From Lama guanicoe (Eukaryota), in contig MU054212.1 of the NCBI GenBank assembly GCA_013239625.1, positions 2,976,001-3,040,000 on the forward strand: 64,000 nucleotides of DNA. Direction: 5' to 3'. A model generated the notes under the pieces. The model was given only the letters and a program-made list of their open reading frames with translations. It was not told where the DNA came from and searched no databases. The translations under genes were made by a program, and so were the position numbers. This document shows positions 62,050 to 64,000 of this stretch, one piece after another. Numbering within the stretch: position 1 is the stretch's first letter; every line of letters starts with the position of its first letter.

Positions 62050-63317
62050 TAAGTTCCTTCGAAAGTAACAAAATAATCCAGGGTTTTACTACCAGCTCCA
62101 TCCCCCGGAACAACATACCCTTTCCTCTTTTTTTTTTTTTAATTGACTTCCTTTCGAGTTGCTGTCTAATTTGGCCCCTTCCTATTCATATTCAATCTTA
62201 TTCTTCTTCCTGTGAGTGGAATAGAAGGATAGAAATCTGTGAAAGGAAACTCACTTAAAAGCAAGAGAAATTAAGTATCTTAATTTGCAAAGAGATGCAA
62301 GGAGAGTTTTTCTCAAGAAAAACACTGTTGAGCTACAAGGCCGGTTAGGTATGACCCTCGGTACTTTATACTGAGTACTTCAATCTTAGACAAAGCTAGC
62401 CATCATCCAAACTCAACACCTGCTTCTTCCACTCATGCGGTATTTCTAAGAGAATCTCAGACATCAGAGCGATTTATTTGAAAATATTTCTTTTATGACT
62501 TTCTAAAAGATAAATCCTATTTTAAAAAATAGAACCATAATAATGTTAGACCAAGAAATTTAGCACTAATTCTTTAGTATTATCAAATATCCAGTCAAGG
62601 TTTATAGTTCTAATTGTCTTATATTTTTTTTTTCACAGTGTTTTTGTTTATGCTGAATTTACACTGTTACTTCTAATTCAACTCAGCAGGATTTTTACTC
62701 TCTTTCTTTGATCTATTTCTTTCTTTTGTCATTCTTTATGATAGTTTTCTTGATAAAAGAAAAGTGCTAAAATGGAGTTAAAATGGAACACAAGCAAGAA
62801 CTGTGCAGACGCCGTCCTTTGGGTGACAGGAGGCTTCTGACGATGTAGGGGCTTAAAGTTTTGATAGCAGAGACTAATACTTTATGGTTCGTGGGATGAT
62901 AAAAGACTACAGGAAAGGGAGATACACCATTGTCACAAGGAAACTCAATACATTTTAGGAGCCCTGGAATGTTGTAATGAATCCACAGTTTTGCACAATT
63001 CTGCATTTTTTAGCTAACAGGAGGTCAGTATATTAAGACAAAAGTTGCCTCTATACGTGTGAGAATGGAGTCCTTTTTGTTCGATTTGCTTTTGCGCATT
63101 GATGTAATTTGGTTTCAGTATTTAGTCATTTGGTTTTTTTAGTTTTATTTATTTATTTTTCAATGTAGCTTAAGTTTATGCAGGATAATACGTTCCAAAC
63201 TATTTTCTTTTGAGTTAAGAAGCATTGATGAGCATTATAGTTCTATTAAGCATACAGAAGTCTAGCATGTAAATATAATTTTGAGGACAATTTCTACACA
63301 TGCGGAAAATGTTCTTT

Positions 63318-63470
63318 CTTTTTTTTTTTTTAACTTTTTTTTATTGAGTTATAGTCATTGTACAATATTGTGTCAAATTCCAGTGTGGAGCCCAATTTTT
63401 CAGTTATACATGTATATAAGATCTTGTGGTAACTCACAGTGGAAAAAAAATGTGACAATGAATATATGTA
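63318..63470 (-). mobile_element. Young camelid-type L1 3' end with 5' inversion
   Basis: 63318-63410 antisense 3' end, 63411-63470 the adjacent upstream L1 segment in the opposite orientation (compare the copy at 33804-34039). Confidence 0.88.
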
Positions 63471-63575
63471 GTTTTATTTTTTATATTGAAGTGTAGTCGA
63501 TTTACAGTTAGCTGCAGGTGTACAGCAAAGAAATTCAGTTATAATATATATTCAGATTCTTTCCCGTTATAGCTT
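63471..63575 (-). mobile_element. Older L1 3' end whose poly-A tail hosts the inverted L1
   Basis: attgaagtgtagtcgatttacag...caggtgtacagcaaag...cagattctttcccgttatag. Confidence 0.8.
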
Positions 63576-63896
63576 AGTCATTTGTATGGAGAATTCCAAG
63601 AAGCCAAGAAAAAATGTCCAAGTAACATTTTAGCCAGGTTGAAATCAATAAATAATGGGTATTTACAGGGGGAAAAAAAGGATTTTTGGAAATAATCTGT
63701 TTCTGATCTTAATTGATTCCATTGCTAAGGTTATTCAAAAATTATCAGACTGTCCCATCAGTTTTTATCAGGCTTCAGGAACGCTTGGTGATACATTTTG
63801 CTCTCTGTCAGTAGTATGACTTGAACGAACAATTACGTGGAAATTTAGAAATATGAGGAGCATTCGCGGTAGGAAAGAGAAAAGAAAATTGTTCGT

Positions 63897-64000
63897 GGGG
63901 GAGGTTATAGCTCAAGTGGTAGAGTGAATGCTTACTTAGCCCACACGAGGTCCTGGGTTCAATTCCCAGTACCTCCTCCAAAAGTAAACCTAACAACCCC
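63897..64000 (+). mobile_element. Vic-1-type SINE (runs off the window end)
   Basis: gggggaggttatagctcaagtggtagag...gaggtcctgggttcaattcccagtacctcc...aaacctaa. Confidence 0.92.

Noticed and set aside
63897..63978. tRNA-like sequences here and at 14690, 16683, 30113 and 59495
   Set aside because: Diverged, multi-copy, with A-rich tails and (in most copies) TSDs: SINE heads, not tRNA genes.
1..64000. CRISPR array, operon, endogenous viral gene, processed pseudogene or other novel system
   Set aside because: No regularly spaced repeats, gene-dense tract or recognisable viral or host coding remnant other than L1 ORF2. Very diverged remnants could be missed without a database search.

Overview
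Mammalian, almost certainly camelid (alpaca/camel-type), genomic DNA. It carries five copies of a tRNA-derived SINE matching the camelid Vic-1 type, young artiodactyl-type L1 3' ends, and the usual eutherian MIR, L2, MLT and MER fossils. No protein-coding exon can be supported; the ORF track is chance ORFs, N-gap artefacts and L1 ORF2 remnants. The main functional element is a CpG island and multi-promoter at about 1.3-4.0 kb (with a 453-nt assembly gap), where at least two minus-strand first exons end at strong splice donors (3029 and 2006). The gene therefore runs leftward out of the window, and the remaining ~60 kb is its repeat-rich upstream region. From memory alone, the exon end and the ~1 kb donor spacing resemble the 5' end of GLIS3; this is tentative and needs a BLAST check. 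I found no evidence of a new biological system. The best leads are a uORF-rich 5'UTR exon, a candidate distal TATA-driven exon ~36 kb upstream, motif-dense enhancer-like blocks, and mutation footprints (an L1 twin-priming inversion, 3' tails carried by SINE/L1 copies, a templated local insertion and a GC-biased tract). Repeat family names are from recalled consensus sequences and repeat boundaries are approximate.
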